A stretch of DNA of 64,000 bases. Origin: Eutreptiella sp. 'Long Island Sound 2002'. Its lineage: Eukaryota; Protista; Euglenida. Each line of letters opens with the position of its first letter. Within the stretch, counting starts at the first letter, position 1. The DNA lies in assembly GCA_964036045.1 (NCBI GenBank), contig OZ038378.1, positions 2,480,001 through 2,544,000 of the forward strand. The letters run 5' to 3'. The notes under the pieces were generated by a model, which had not been told where the DNA came from, searched no databases, and saw nothing but the letters and a program-made list of their open reading frames with translations. Below are positions 36,531 through 49,900 of this stretch, piece by piece. The position numbers and the translations under genes are program-made.

Positions 36531-38074
36531 ACCAAAGGTTCTGTCACATGAGCCCCGTTGGCAAACCCCCCCCCTCCTTCGGGGGACTCCCACAACCCCC
36601 TCCCCCGCGCAAACCAATTTTCCCCTCGCCAAGTCAAGCCGTTTAAATTTTTTCTTCTCGCGCACTCGGCACCACAAATGGACCATGATTACAATTCCTA
36701 TTTTTTCAAATGTGTTCAGTTGCACATGTAGTTGTACTATTTAATAATCCAATTTTTCAAATTGCCTGATTTGAAGATCCTAACACGGGCATCACTGTGC
36801 TCTTCTTATTCAATGGCAATCTCCGAGCATGCACAAATGTGTGTCACAACACATCTAATGGAACTGCATTATGTTAACACTAGTCCGACTCTAGTGTTCC
36901 AATAAACGTCACACTTGTTCAACTTGTTCTCTTTGACACGTGTACTGGGACCCGCCACGGGCCAGCAGACCTAGGAACCAATCGTATCTTTCCCATGCAC
37001 CATGCAGTGGAATTTTGCCCGCCAAAAGTGCCCACTAGTCCAACAATGAATTTGAAAAATGACATTGCACCTGACATCAAATGTAGAGGCTGGTTGACGC
37101 CACACGGCCCTTGCTTGCATGTGCATGTACGCAGAATCCTCAAAGATTACTTCAATTGACATAAACAGTGTTACTTATCAGAGCTTGGGCACCAAAAGCA
37201 CTGAATTCTTCTAACCATTGAAATTGGTCAAAATTGTTTTGCCAACCTTGTGCCAAATCATAACCTTCTCCATGCGCTGATTCCGCCATTCATTTTTTGA
37301 TGATTTTTGGGCCTTGGTAGCCTCTGAGGCCCGGGGGTGAGTCCCAGTGGATTCCGTCAATTTGAGCCCTTTTTGAGAGAGATGAAGGGGCTAGCCAAAG
37401 GGCTCTATCAACCCCTCCGCCTCCACTTGGTAGCCCGACAAACCCTGTGGGAGGGGCCATATATGTCAAATGCAAGATTCCAAATTGGTCCATGAATGTC
37501 TGCATTGCAGTGCAATAAGCAATTATTTTTGCAGTGCAATGAGCAATTGTTTTTGGTACCTCACGGGAGTGGCCCTATGCCTGCCCTGTGGGGTTGCACC
37601 AGAGCTGGTTTGCCTGCACATTTCCCTACCGCATGAACACAATGGGGAATGAGAATAGAGAACAAGAGCACAACACTGTGGCAAAGAGAATGAAGCATTT
37701 GGGCCGCTGAAAATGGTACAGAACCATCAAGCATTTTATCTTCAGAAAAATGGCACAGAGCCTTCAAGCAATGTATGCGTCGAATGATGAACGAATGAGG
37801 GTATCACCCGGTAATAAACAAGTGCCGCATCTTAGGACATTATATATCTTCTGGGCAAACGTCTGAATGAGACAACACTTTGCACAAAGTTCCAGGACAA
37901 CAGCAAACTGAACATATTTTTGGAGAGTGGTCAAGGTTTCATCAATCCAGCATATCCCATCCACCGTTGCAAAGCACGCAGATGGGGCGCCACCGCTCGC
38001 CCAGCCATCTCTGCCGCATAAGTGCTGCTGCGATGGCGGACAAACGAAATCGGACAGTGCTGAATGCTGACACG

Positions 38075-38350
38075 AAGACTGGGTGACCTGAAAAGCAAAA
38101 AGAACCAATGGGTTCCTGATGTCATTAGCGTAAAAGGGGTCAGAAGAACCCTCTGGGAGAACAGTTCTTTGGTGCTGATACAAAGACTGGACCTGAAATG
38201 CAAAAGAACCAATGGGTTCCTGCTGCAAGCGCGTCAAATGGGTGAGATGAACCCTCTGAAAGAACAGGCCTGAAATGCGAAAGAACCAATGGGTTCTTGC
38301 TGCAAGCGTGTCAAATGGGTGAAATGAACCCTCTGAAAGAACAGGCCTGA
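38075..38350. repeat. 77-bp tandem repeat (2 full copies plus a longer diverged first copy)
   Basis: CCTGAAATGC..AAGAACCAATGGGTTC recurs at 38087, 38192, 38269 and partially at 38346. Confidence 0.9.
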
Positions 38351-38802
38351 TGAATGTGGGTTCGGTCAAAGGGTTTCGAAATTCTGCAACCCTGAATGGA
38401 CAACCGGTGCAGTTGTGTTGCCCTGCAACGCCCCATGGGCGACTGGCCAGGGGCACATTGCCGACTAAACTCCTAAATGATACTACACAAACCATGGCAG
38501 GCAGCAGTGCAGGCCCTGCTAGCGGGAAAGGCAATCCGGATCACGGACAGGCGATCGAGGTGTACGCCAGTACCTGTAAGCGGATGCCTGTCACAACACT
38601 TAGGACCCGCAGCACCGCGCAGACACGGAGTGTCGATCTGTCCGTATGTCCCTCCCTCTGGTCCTCAAATCCTAGAATCTATAACGCGTTCTTATAGACG
38701 CGAGGACTAACATGCGCTGTTATGGGCGCGACGACATATACATTGAACGGCTGCTAACTCTGACTTACTTGCTGCATATTCTGCCGCAACATCAGCAGGC
38801 GC

Positions 38803-41800
38803 CTACTCCTCTCCGTGAATGGGATCAGCTCCAATGGTACCCTCCAGATGCTGCAGATATGCAGGCGCCTCAACGAACGCCAATTGAGCCTTCGCTTTCT
38901 CGAGCTTCGAGTTCAAATCCACCGGGCTGCCATTACTATCTTGCTTCAGCTTGGAGTCCAAGTAAGCGATGTGCCGCTGCCAGCGCTTGACTGTGCGCTT
39001 TTGCTGAATGATGAGACGCTTACGGTACCATTCACTGCCCAGCATAGATTCACGTGTGAAGAGTTTCCGGACATCAGGGTGCTGGATGCCTTTACCTTCC
39101 CATTGCCCGTAGGCCATGATGTGGAGCAGTGCTTGCAGTGGCGGGCAGGCGTCCTTGATGGAACCATCCTCGAAATAGCGCTTGGCAGTCTTGGCATGGG
39201 CCTCAGTCAAATTGTCGATTCCATCCACAAATGCATCCATATCCTGCAACTCAGGGCGCAGCATATCATCGGGGAAGATGATGCCAGGGTTGGTGAAGAG
39301 CTTACCCATGAAATTGTGGGTGAACTTGGTTGTGATGCGGTATCCCAGAAGGTTGGCGGGAATCTTGCGACCCTTGTGTTCGAAATCCTTCACAGGTTCC
39401 AAGTAGCCCTGGCTGATGAGCCACTGAGGATCTCGCTCGTGATCCTCGAGGCGGCAGAAGATTTCGGGGACGATCACAGTGATGTCGTGCCCTACATCAT
39501 ACTTGGGACCAATGAACCCAGCAGCAGAAGTGAATCCAGCATGTCCCGTGAGCAGCAGACTGACAAGGGTATTGTTCAGGTCCGAGGTAGTGCAGAGAGC
39601 ATTGAATGGACCCTTGGTCAAGGCACCCTCGCTCCCGGCCCCAGTAGTGGACGGCGACTTGCCCGTCAGGCTGCTAGTAAAATCCATGAAGAGTTCTGGC
39701 AGCTCCTGATAGTGCAGTGGGCCGTACACCGCAAGCATGCGAATACCCGGCATCGGGGGGTTGTTGCGCCGCCCGGGCAACACCATGTCCACAGGTACCA
39801 CCAGCTTGTCAGTCACGGGCACACGCCTGTGCAATCGAATGGAAATTGCCGCCAGGTGGGTGTCCATGGGGGCGTGGACGTCAGGGCGCAGCTGCAGGTA
39901 TCGTGGGTTGGTGGTGCGCTTACCTTCACCAACTTTACGCGTCAACGCAGAGCTCACCAGATAGGTAGCATTCCCAGTACCCTTGCGAAGGTGTTCCTGC
40001 ATGGGCTCAGTGTAGGACTCAAGCGCAAAGGGGTCCTCAATCTCGTCATCAACATCAGCCTGGACCAGGGGGTCGAAATTGGAGCTGAAGAGACCGTTGC
40101 GAGACATATCGTCCTCTGTCTGAACGTCAAAGCCTCGGTGGATGGCGTCGTCTGGGCGTTGGAACAGCCGCATTTCGCAGTTCTGCAGGATCTTCTTGGA
40201 GCCACCATCTTTCTGGTACCCCGAAAGGCGCTTGGAGGGCACAACCGTGGACGCGGAGATGTCATCCTCCATTTGCACCTTGAATGCCGCCTGGAAGTCC
40301 TGACGCAGTGTGAACGTGCGCCATGCGCCTTCCGTGTCAAGCCCCATGCGGAGGAATCGGGATAACAGCTTGCGGCGGTCTCGACCAGCGGAGTCGATCA
40401 GAAGCTCGTTGCCCTGGGTGCCATTGACCACGTCCACATGGAAATGGCTCTGCCAGTCCTTGCCCCATGAAGCCTTGTAATGACGCTTGATTGCGAATGC
40501 AATGGTCCAGATGCGGTCTTCGATGCCGCTTAACCACTTGTTCCACGCAGCGTCCCACTCATCGCCAGGGCAGCACAGGTAGATGACAGTCCCCAGTGTG
40601 ACGTTGTTGCTGAACACATCTTCGCCCAAGCGCTTGCTGATTTTGTCAAAGATTTCTTGCAGCTTTTTCTTGTCGTTGGCGAAATCACCCACAAACACGT
40701 TGCAAGTCTTCATCGCGTACTCCATGCTCTTGGAAATCTCTGACTTACCTCCCCCTGACACTGTGCAAGGCTTGTGGCAGAATGTGGCACGTGGATCAAG
40801 GCCAACAAGGGTGTACGTGCCAGACACAGCGTGCTTCTCCAAATGGATAGAGTATCCAGAGGGATGCATGTAGAAATGCTTGGTCAACATTTTGAGCGAC
40901 TTCTCTTCACCTTTGGCGCCTACCCACTTCACCTTGCGCTCGCCCAAAGACGCAGACATCGTTTCAGGCAGGTAGATGATCTCCGGGAAGCGCTTGTCTA
41001 CAGCGTAGCCTTCGGGCTTCAGCTCGACGTGGTTCCCCAGGAGCTTCATCATATCGGAAAACTTGTTCTCACTTTTTCTCAGCCGGCTGTCGTGCATCCG
41101 AAGGGTAGACCCCAACCTCACTTGGTAGAAGGCCAAAGCGCCTCCAGCGTGCTCTTCCTCGGAAAGCCCAATCAGGTTGGTGGTGTAGGTCAACTGCGTC
41201 TTCACTTCCTTTTTACAATACCCAAAATAGTTGTCAGCCAGGATCGTCACCATGACGCCCTCCTTTGTGCGATGGCAAATCTTGAATGCAGTGCCATCGT
41301 TGTACAGCTCGTCCTCCTTCTCCCAACACATCCTGTCTCGCTTCTGTCTGTCAGTGGCCTTGGAAATGTGTGGCAAACCCACAGCCTTCTTCGTGAGGCC
41401 TTTAATGTGGGGTGCCAGGATGATGCAGCCAGTGGTACCGGTCCAGCTCTCCACATCCAACGCCGCGTCGTTGATGGGGAAGCGGGGGTCCCCCCAGTTG
41501 CCGAAGATGTTTTCAACGAAATCCAAGTTGCAGACCAGCGACCCCGGCACGAAGAGTCGGTTCTCCATGCGCTGCACTGGAGAGTACCCTGGCACCTCCG
41601 GGATAGCCATTGGCCGCAACAACAGTGATACCCAAGTCTGAGCGGGAGTGTCACCCATGAAGGGCAACTGGAGACTGTCAGCTGGGCAGCTGTGCACTGC
41701 ATGCCAAAGCAGGTGGCCGAAGGTGTGGAGAGGGACCTCCTTCTTGTCGCCGGCAACGGGCAAGCCTCCAAGCGCGACATGGAAGGACCCAGCTGTGGTC

Positions 41801-42380
41801 CGACGGTCACTTATTGGGTTGTGCAGCACCCCGTTGCGCAGGCGGTACGAGCTGAGGAGTTCGTTCTCAAACTTGTCGCCGTCCCGAGGAAGCGACAGCA
41901 GGCGAGCCATGCCAAAGTGGTCCAGGGTCAACGAGTTGGAGGGGATGCTTGGGACCGCGCCTCCCAGGTCCAGTCCCTTGAACGCATCGTCCAGGAACGC
42001 CTGGATACGCTGATCCGCGGGACTGAGTTGGTGGCGCAGCAGGTATTCCTAAGAGCACAAGATGTGCAAAGCCTACCCAACAGCCAAGAGCACTCGCCGT
42101 AAGTGACAGGCCTAACAAAGTGAACGGAACCCAGGCGGAAAAAAGAGGGCGGAGAAAAAGTGGAACGCTGGTGCAGAAGGGAAACGTGCAGACCTGGTGC
42201 TTAAAAATTGAAAGCATGGACGAGTCAACGGAGGCTTTGGTGAGTTCTTCCTCATCAAGCTCAAAACCGCAGCCCGCGAGCTTGAGATACACATATTGGT
42301 GCAGATCTTCTTCGTTAAGCTTACCGTCGGGGGTAAGGCCATAGCGAAAGTGGTTCGTGTTGTCGAGCCAGTGCACCGGC
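38803..42380 (-). CDS. PEPCK: Pyrophosphate-dependent phosphoenolpyruvate carboxykinase (PPi-PEPCK / PEP carboxytransphosphorylase, EC 4.1.1.38); 5' exon(s) not fixed
   Basis: Exons 42380-42194 and 42048-38803 join in phase (CAG|GT...TAG|GAA). Family motifs: YVYLKL, SPADQRIQAFL, GVLHNPISDRRTT.GSFH, NYFGYCKKEVKTQ, HKPCTVSGGGKSEISKS, GKSPSTTGAGSEGALTKGPFNAL and C-terminal GTIGADP. The two exons give ~1140 aa. Confidence 0.85.
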
Positions 42381-45300
42381 CTGGGAGGAAACAGGAAAAA
42401 CAAGTTCCACCTTGAGAAAGAGTAACCGCGTTGCAACCAAGCAGGCCCTCCAGACATACACTTCTGGCTGCGTTGTCTTCCTCCGCTTGGACTCACTTCC
42501 AGTACTGCTGGAACGTGTTTTGCCAACCATACTTGTGAAAATACCTGCGCAAAGAGTTTGTTTTGCACAAACGCCGAGCAGAAGCCGCTGCTTGCTACTA
42601 GTTGGTCGTTCGTCGTTCGGTTCTCACTGAGGGATCAGCCCGTTCTGTTCGGTTGGTGTTCGGTGTTCCTGCCCTTAGTGAAAAGTGCCAACTGCTGATA
42701 ACACTGGTGTGCACAAGGCCTGGTGTAGGTCTGGAATGTGTTGCCGTTCTGACACCTCAAACGTTGGAGGCAATGAGTTCGGTACATAAAATCCACCTTA
42801 TGCTCATTGGTTACAAACATGCCTGTGTGCATTTGAGAGGTGTAAGGGCATTGATAACGAAGAGGATTGACCATTCAACGGTGAAATCTTTCTGGCACAG
42901 CGAAAAGCGTTAGTCCAGGCGCGAGCGACCAACGGCGTGGAGCGTTTCACATCCCATCCCACCACCAATTGTAACAAACATGTGTCGTCCTTTCAGTGAG
43001 TGGGTCAAGGTCACCATACCTTTTCAAGCGGCTCTTTTGACGAACTTGGCCAATTCCGTCCGAAGTTTGGAAACTTTGTAGTTGGGCCTGAGATCCCTTA
43101 GTCAGAAAAACTTCGGGACTTGTGTGATGTGCTCGGGAGTTTAAACAGTTTTAACAATTTTCCGAAGCCTCTTTATTTTTACTTATCTATTATTTTCATT
43201 TATTCATCCGAATCCCATTAACTAAGTTTTAACTCACGAAATCTCTCTTGCTTAGTGTGCCCACATACGCGCACGAAGACATGCAGCACAAATGGAAACA
43301 CAAGCAGGTCTGATTCCTTAGGTCTGCCACTGTGTGCTCCACGCGGACCTTTGTTTGTAGGCCACCACGAGTGTATGTGTTTATGAAGTATGCAGGACAT
43401 CCATCTGGGAAGGGCAATCACAAACCTTCCGTTCCGCAGCACCAGATTCCGCTGCTCCGGCCGTTGCGGAATTGAGCTTACTGAAGTTTGAACTTCAACA
43501 GGCTGCCTTTGTTTTTATGGACTTTCAATGTTTTTGCTGGTCCACAATACTGACACTGAAATTGCTTTTACATTTCTATTCACATTTTTACTGTACTTTA
43601 TTTTTACAGGATCGTTGATCCCGCAGGCTCCCGCCAGCACGGGTGGTCGTCACTGAAGGCCCGGGTGGTCGTCAAATGATGGCTACACTTGCTCGATTTG
43701 TGGGCCTAAGATGCTTGCGGCCTGCGGCGCTGTTTCTCCCGCCCGCGAGTCTCAGTAGCGAGGGAGGCTCAGAGGCCAGGTTTACTCATTCCCAGCACGT
43801 TTTACAGTGTCCACTGGGGCGTGCAAATAATTCTGAGCATGTTGGTATTCCGGTACCATACTCAACGCGCTGCAAACAAACATCAAACGTGTTGAAACCT
43901 CTCTATGACACAGGATTTGTGACTGCGTTGATAGGTCGGGTTAATAGAGTCCAAACGCACCTTCCCAGCAACTGGGAGGGGGGTCGGGCAAAACGAAAAA
44001 CAAGATTACTGGGAGTTTTCCAGCACCGTTCGAAAATGTCGGTGCGGCATAGAATGGTGAGGAACGCTTTGTGATTTGGTTGTCAAGTGTAGCATATATG
44101 CAGATGAAAGGAGTGTCGAGTGTAGAGGCACGTGTGTGTGTCGGTGGGTATCCGGCTGGGCTGAGCACGGTGATTTGTGTATGGAACACTGTGTGTACCC
44201 TCTCGGCCGAAAGGACACATGTCTGTCTGACGAGTCTGCTTTTGCTGGTGCTTACTTGCGCGTGGTCTTGGTCACAGTTGCACCGAGGCACAACCTTTCA
44301 CTCGACTCTCGGTTGTTTCCCACAGCTTCCTTGTGCCTTGGAATACAAGATGCAACTGGGAACATCTCTAAGATTCGACAACTCATCGCATTTGGGTATT
44401 CCCGGCTGCCCATTTGTGAATCCTAAAGATTGTCCGTTTTACAAGGCTGACGGTTTGCCACACGTTCATACTGCAGCTGACTTCAAACCTGTTGTTGCAG
44501 CGGAACCTGTTTTCGCACCCGTGGTATGCCAGCTGTAGCCCACCGTTCGCAAGCCTGTATGATTGATGCTCACTGCCAAAAGCAGTGCTGTGTTAGTCAG
44601 AAGCGTACTTCTCATTATTGAGAACCTGTCCTGATGTGAAGCTCTGTGCAGGGTGGCGGCCGTGGGTGGCAGGTTGGTCCATCCTTTTTGAAACCATTGG
44701 ACACTGCTATCAACAGCACATGCGAAGAAAGACTTCGTCATACTATTCTAAAATCTATCCCAAAAATCTCTTTCCCAAACCCCACAGCCCCAGACCCCCA
44801 AGAGCGACCCCTCCTTTGGGACTGCACCAACTTCGACTCCTTCTCCCTTGTTTATCTGTTGCTTGCCACGTTTTGATTTTCGCCTTTCCGCCTTTCCGGC
44901 AACACGATGCTGAGCCTGAGATCCGAGCACCCTACTACTCTGCTTCAGTAAGTAGACAAATCCCATGCAGGCTGTTCACAAGTGCCGAGCTGATCAGTTG
45001 AAGCCTGCTCACTGCCAAAAACAGCACTGTGACGTTCATACCAAATGCCGAATACTGAAGTAACAACCTGATTGCTGAGCGGGGTGTTCGTGTTGTCATT
45101 TAGGATCCCTGGCTCCATGATTCAAGTATCATGTGATGTTGTACAGTTAACAAAAGTATCCTGTGCGAAACAAAAATCCGCCAGAATCGGCTGTCACGGC
45201 TGGAACAGAAATGCAACAGACCCTTGGGGAAAATATTGTTCAGCACACCAATTGCAACAATACGGTCAACATTACCAGGGAAAAGGGTAAAATCATATTC

Positions 45301-46969
45301 GATTGGGACCTGGGGTTTTTACCTTCGTATGTCAACCCAGAACAAAAAAAATACCAGGGGGTTCTTTTGGAAAAGCGTACTTTCTGCACTGGTCTGTAAT
45401 TTGGGACGGTGTTGCATGCAAATGGCTTGCGAGCATTTGTGACGTAAGAACTTTGCCTGCGCTGGAAATTATCCCCACTGATCTGTACTCGTGAAGCAAA
45501 CGTTGTGGAAATGCGGGCGCCAAGGACAAGGGTGTGCCATTAACTGCCCCCATGAAGTTGTGACTCCAGCAACCAAAACGTTGAAATACCCAACATCAGA
45601 CTGAATGCGGGAAATTTCTGACTGCTGTCAACCGGGTGCTGTTGCCTGCTTGTCTGCAGATGGTGCCGGAGCGAGTCGCATGTCCGTACTGGGTTGCATG
45701 ACCTGTCAAGTTTGTTGTGTCACTTGGAAAGGACTGTCGCTTTGAGCAACAAAAAGTGGATATGGAAGAAATCTATTCCACCCAATTTTTCAGCATTTGC
45801 AGCAGCCAATTTGAGCCGTTTCACAACAGCCTAGCCTCCGTAACAAGCGTCGAACTCACGTCACACGCCTGGAGCTGGAAGCATCAAGCGCCTGGATGCA
45901 CGAAGCCATGCACACATGCAACAGTGGAGACAAAAGCCAAATTTGGATGAAATCCGTGTTTGGTACAAGTATCAATTCTGCACTAGCCTCCGTGGAGTAA
46001 ACAGTGCAGCCTGCTCCCACGTCAGACTGTCAAAGGCATCACAAAACTGTTTATGTTTATGGCGCCAGTGGAGACAGACATGATCTATGCTGCAGGAACT
46101 TTTTTTTTCTTTTTTCAGCAATCTTGGGTATTACATTTGGTCAATGATTGTCAGTGGCCACAGCGAACTACAGCTGCAATAATTGCCACATTCCCACTGC
46201 CCGATTGTGTCTGCTTACAGGTGGAAAGGGACAATTAGTGAGAGCAGAAGGTGGCAAGATGTGCCAACCCTTTGGGCTATCCAGGGTCTTTTTCTGGGAT
46301 AGATCAGCACCGGTTGTACATCAGCTGTACAGGGGCAACTATAGCGCCACCTGGGACTTGGCGAGAGTTGTCATGATTTCGCTGCGGGTGAAGGTGCTGA
46401 TCACATGGGGCCAACAATATCATCCATGCTCTTGCCCTGTCGAGGCCAACAAGTCCCACAATGTGCTCCGGTGGGAAGGGCGGGGGGGGGGACTGGAACA
46501 TCCTCCGCCTTACCCCTGAGACCGGAAAGATCGATGGCACAAGCCATGCCAGAACCCAATTGCTTGTACCTGATTGTAAACTTGCCCCAACCACCACTGC
46601 AACACGTATTTTTCCGCAACCGCCCTTTCGCGCTGAGTCAACAGATGCCCTGTGAGGAAGCATTTGTTTTTGGGTTTTATGGGAACAATACCCACAAAAC
46701 CATTCAGTAAATCTCTCAGCCTCGATAACATTTGTGCCAACACGGTGGGTTTTCAAGGCCATTGCCATTGTTGCCTCATTTGAGTCCGCTGAGTGTCCCA
46801 TAGGTAGGGAGGGGTATGTGGGGTATGTGGGGAAGCCCCTGAGCCCCTGAAAAGGGCTATTTGGAACACCCTGGGTCTGCATGCTGTACTGACGTTCGTT
46901 TGAGATTTTCGTCCGTTTTGGACGGTGCCTGTGTTGTTTTCTGCCTCTTTTTGTCAGCAGGCAGCCACC

Positions 46970-49900
46970 ATGTCCGCGTACAAATTCAGTCCACGGGCTG
47001 TTGCCTCCCCGGATGCACCCCAGAAACCTTTGGTCCCCAAAAAAAGACGCTCTGGGGGTGCAAAGTGGGTGCAAGTTAGCTGCCGCACTTCTGCCAGCCC
47101 AGCAAAAAGGCCTCGCACAGCCGGTTCGCAGCAACCTGCATGCACCCACAAGGAACACCAGATTCTGTCCACCACAGAGGCCGCTTCCTCTGCATGCCAA
47201 TTGTGGGATCATAAAGTGCACCCCATGAAAGCTTCACAGCATGAGTTCTTGGCCACATGCATTGATGTTGATTTGGAGAAAAAAGTCAAGCATGCACAGT
47301 GGCACAAGTACACTCGAACAATGGCGACGATTCGGATTCGGAATAATCAGTGGGCCCCTGTGCAGTGCTCTGTCCCGTGCATCATCTGTGCTCAAAAAAG
47401 TGAACACCCCCCCCCTCAAACCTTATATTTCTGAAATGGCCTTTTCAGACAGATTTCAAAAAATATACACATACCCCACCCCAAGGGAACAATATTTTGG
47501 CGCATTGGACGGAAAGTTCAGAAAACCTGGGGAAAATGCCAAAACCCACTGAGTTGGCACATTCTGAATGAGGCTGCGAGAAATGGCAAATCATTTCACG
47601 ACATGCGACGGTGAGACCAAGGCCGCCAGCCTTGTTGAGAGGTTAGAGTCATAAAATCTTCAGCACAGCATGCAGCATGAGGGGTACCAGCGCCGTTATT
47701 TGTGCGAGACTGTGTGTTTGTTTCATGCCACAGGTTGAAGAAAAACCTGCACCACCCAAACAAAGCCCAAAAGCACAGTCAGACGCCGATCAACTCCTCC
47801 AACGAATTCGGGAGCTGGAAAAGCTGTTGGCTGCTGAGAAGGACCGTAACTCAGCACTAGCTCGCGAATATGAGAAGAGGTTGGCTGAGGCCGAGAGGAA
47901 GCTGGCTGAAAAGCAAGGGGTGGACTCCAAGGTAGCTATGACACTCCTGCAAGTGCACACCTGATGTACGCATCGTGGTGTCGGTGTTGTTAGTTTCATC
48001 GTACCACTCTGTCTTATTTATTATTTGTGGTGCCAAACCCCGGTCCTCTTCAGGTGTGCCCCACAGCAGCCCACAAATGCACCAATACATAGGACACAAA
48101 GTGTGGGTGGGCTTGCTTGGTCGCTGAGACGTGTGCGTTGTTTTGAGGTTCAGTGGCCCACCTTGTTGCAGCACGCACCAACACAGCCCCCCGCCCCCTC
48201 CCCCACACACACCAGCGACGCCAAGAGCAAAAAAAAGTCTGGAAATGCACCACCATTAATGTTTTGAGATCTAGAACCCACTGGCTCTGAGATACATGTA
48301 TACCACCCTCCAAACGTCACGGGTCCAGCCCATGTTCAGTGTGATGTTGATGTGCTTTTTCATTGAGGTTTTGGGTGTCTGCTGAGACGTGGAAGGAAAC
48401 TGCGGTTTTCAGGTGCTATGCATTATACTGCCGGTGCTGGCCGCTTCACACTTGACATTCAGTTGTATGACATAGGTACCCAACCAGCCTTTATTGGCAC
48501 TCTTTTACAGTGGCAAAGTTGTGCCTGAAGAAAAGCCGCACACACCCCGTTCCTGTTGGTAAGTGGGCCCCAAGGAAAGCCTGCATCCGAGACCACGCAG
48601 ACAGGCAGCTGAACATCTGCAGCCCACAAGCAAATATCTGCGCTATCAACCCAAAAACCAAAGCAGTGAAATGCTGTATACAGAGGGAAGGGTCATTGAT
48701 GAGTTGTGCAAACAAATTCACCAGGCTGGTGACAGCATTGATGACTAATCAGATAAATGCCTAACAGGGCTAGGGGAACAGATTTTGGCCGACATTTCCT
48801 TTTTTATAATTTCAGTTGTGGGTGCAACTATTTCCAAGGGATCGGACAAGCAGACTCAAACAGTTTTGGCCCTGCCTCATGCGCACCCATGCTCAGTATC
48901 CCAGCATTCCGAAAAGCTTGGCAGTTGATGAAACAAGGCTGAGGGACAAATATGGAGTGTCGTCATGCTGGGTGAGTCCCTCAATAGCCTTTCTGGCTTA
49001 ACAGGCACTGGAGGACAAACTTGCAAAGGAGAGAGCGGAATTCGAAGCAGCAAGGCAGGCAACGCAGAAGGAATTGGCTGATATGAGGCTGGCTCAAGAG
49101 AGAGCTGAGGCAGAAAAAAGGTGATTGTTGGCTTGATGCTTGTGTCTGCGGCCAAGCTGCTCGGCTAGGTGATGATTTCTGAGCATTGCAGTTGCACATT
49201 TTCTACTTTTCCATGTGTTTCCAAAATGTTTTTTGGCGTTGAAGCCGCCTGCAAGTGCGATTCCACAACGCCGTTGATTATTGGGACACCATCCTTACGA
49301 TTGTGACGATACCACACTTCCTGCTTTATTTTTCGTTTGTGTCCTCTTGAAAATATGATCTGGACACCTATAGAGTGGGCAGTTGATGTCGTGGTTTTGT
49401 AACATAAAGTCCTTGTATTAGGGGTCGTCAGGGCCACAGTATGTTGCAGTAAGTGACAACGAGCCTCTTTTTTCCATAAAAGCCACATTCGTCCCTTTGT
49501 AACAATATGGGAGCGAAGTGCAAGCCCAAAAGTGATGAGTCAGCCAGAAAGAGTGAAAAGCAGAAGCAGAAGAGAGAAGCCACAAAGCAAGATCTGAATT
49601 ACAGAGGTTTAATAGAGCTCTGGCCTTTTTTGCAAAGCATTATGGCTGAATTTGGCCTTGCATTTGTCTGCAAACATTTCAACTTCATATTTCCCATGTT
49701 TGGCCCTTGGGTCCACAGACACTGTCCCTCATGAGTCGGTGCCGCACAGCCAGAATGTTGCCAACCAAAGTGTGCAGCCCTGGTGAAAAAGCTTTTGATT
49801 TGGATGTGACACTATCAGGAAGGTTGTGATTGCGAAGTGTCAGGGCCCAAGTATGATGGTCAGATGTTGACACCACGTGCACCTTAGAAACACATCCATG

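Larger units (their letters stand above)
35943..36630. mobile_element. G/C-tract MITE-like element (copy 1)
   Basis: Both ends share the inverted core GGGGAAAATTGG(C/T)TTGCGC-Gn. The left arm matches the reverse complement of 63290-63385, and the right arm matches the reverse complement of 62970-63060. Confidence 0.65.

Noticed and set aside
38815-40365. 516-aa plus-strand ORF and other overlapping ORFs
   Set aside because: Antisense shadow frames of the GC3-rich PEPCK gene.
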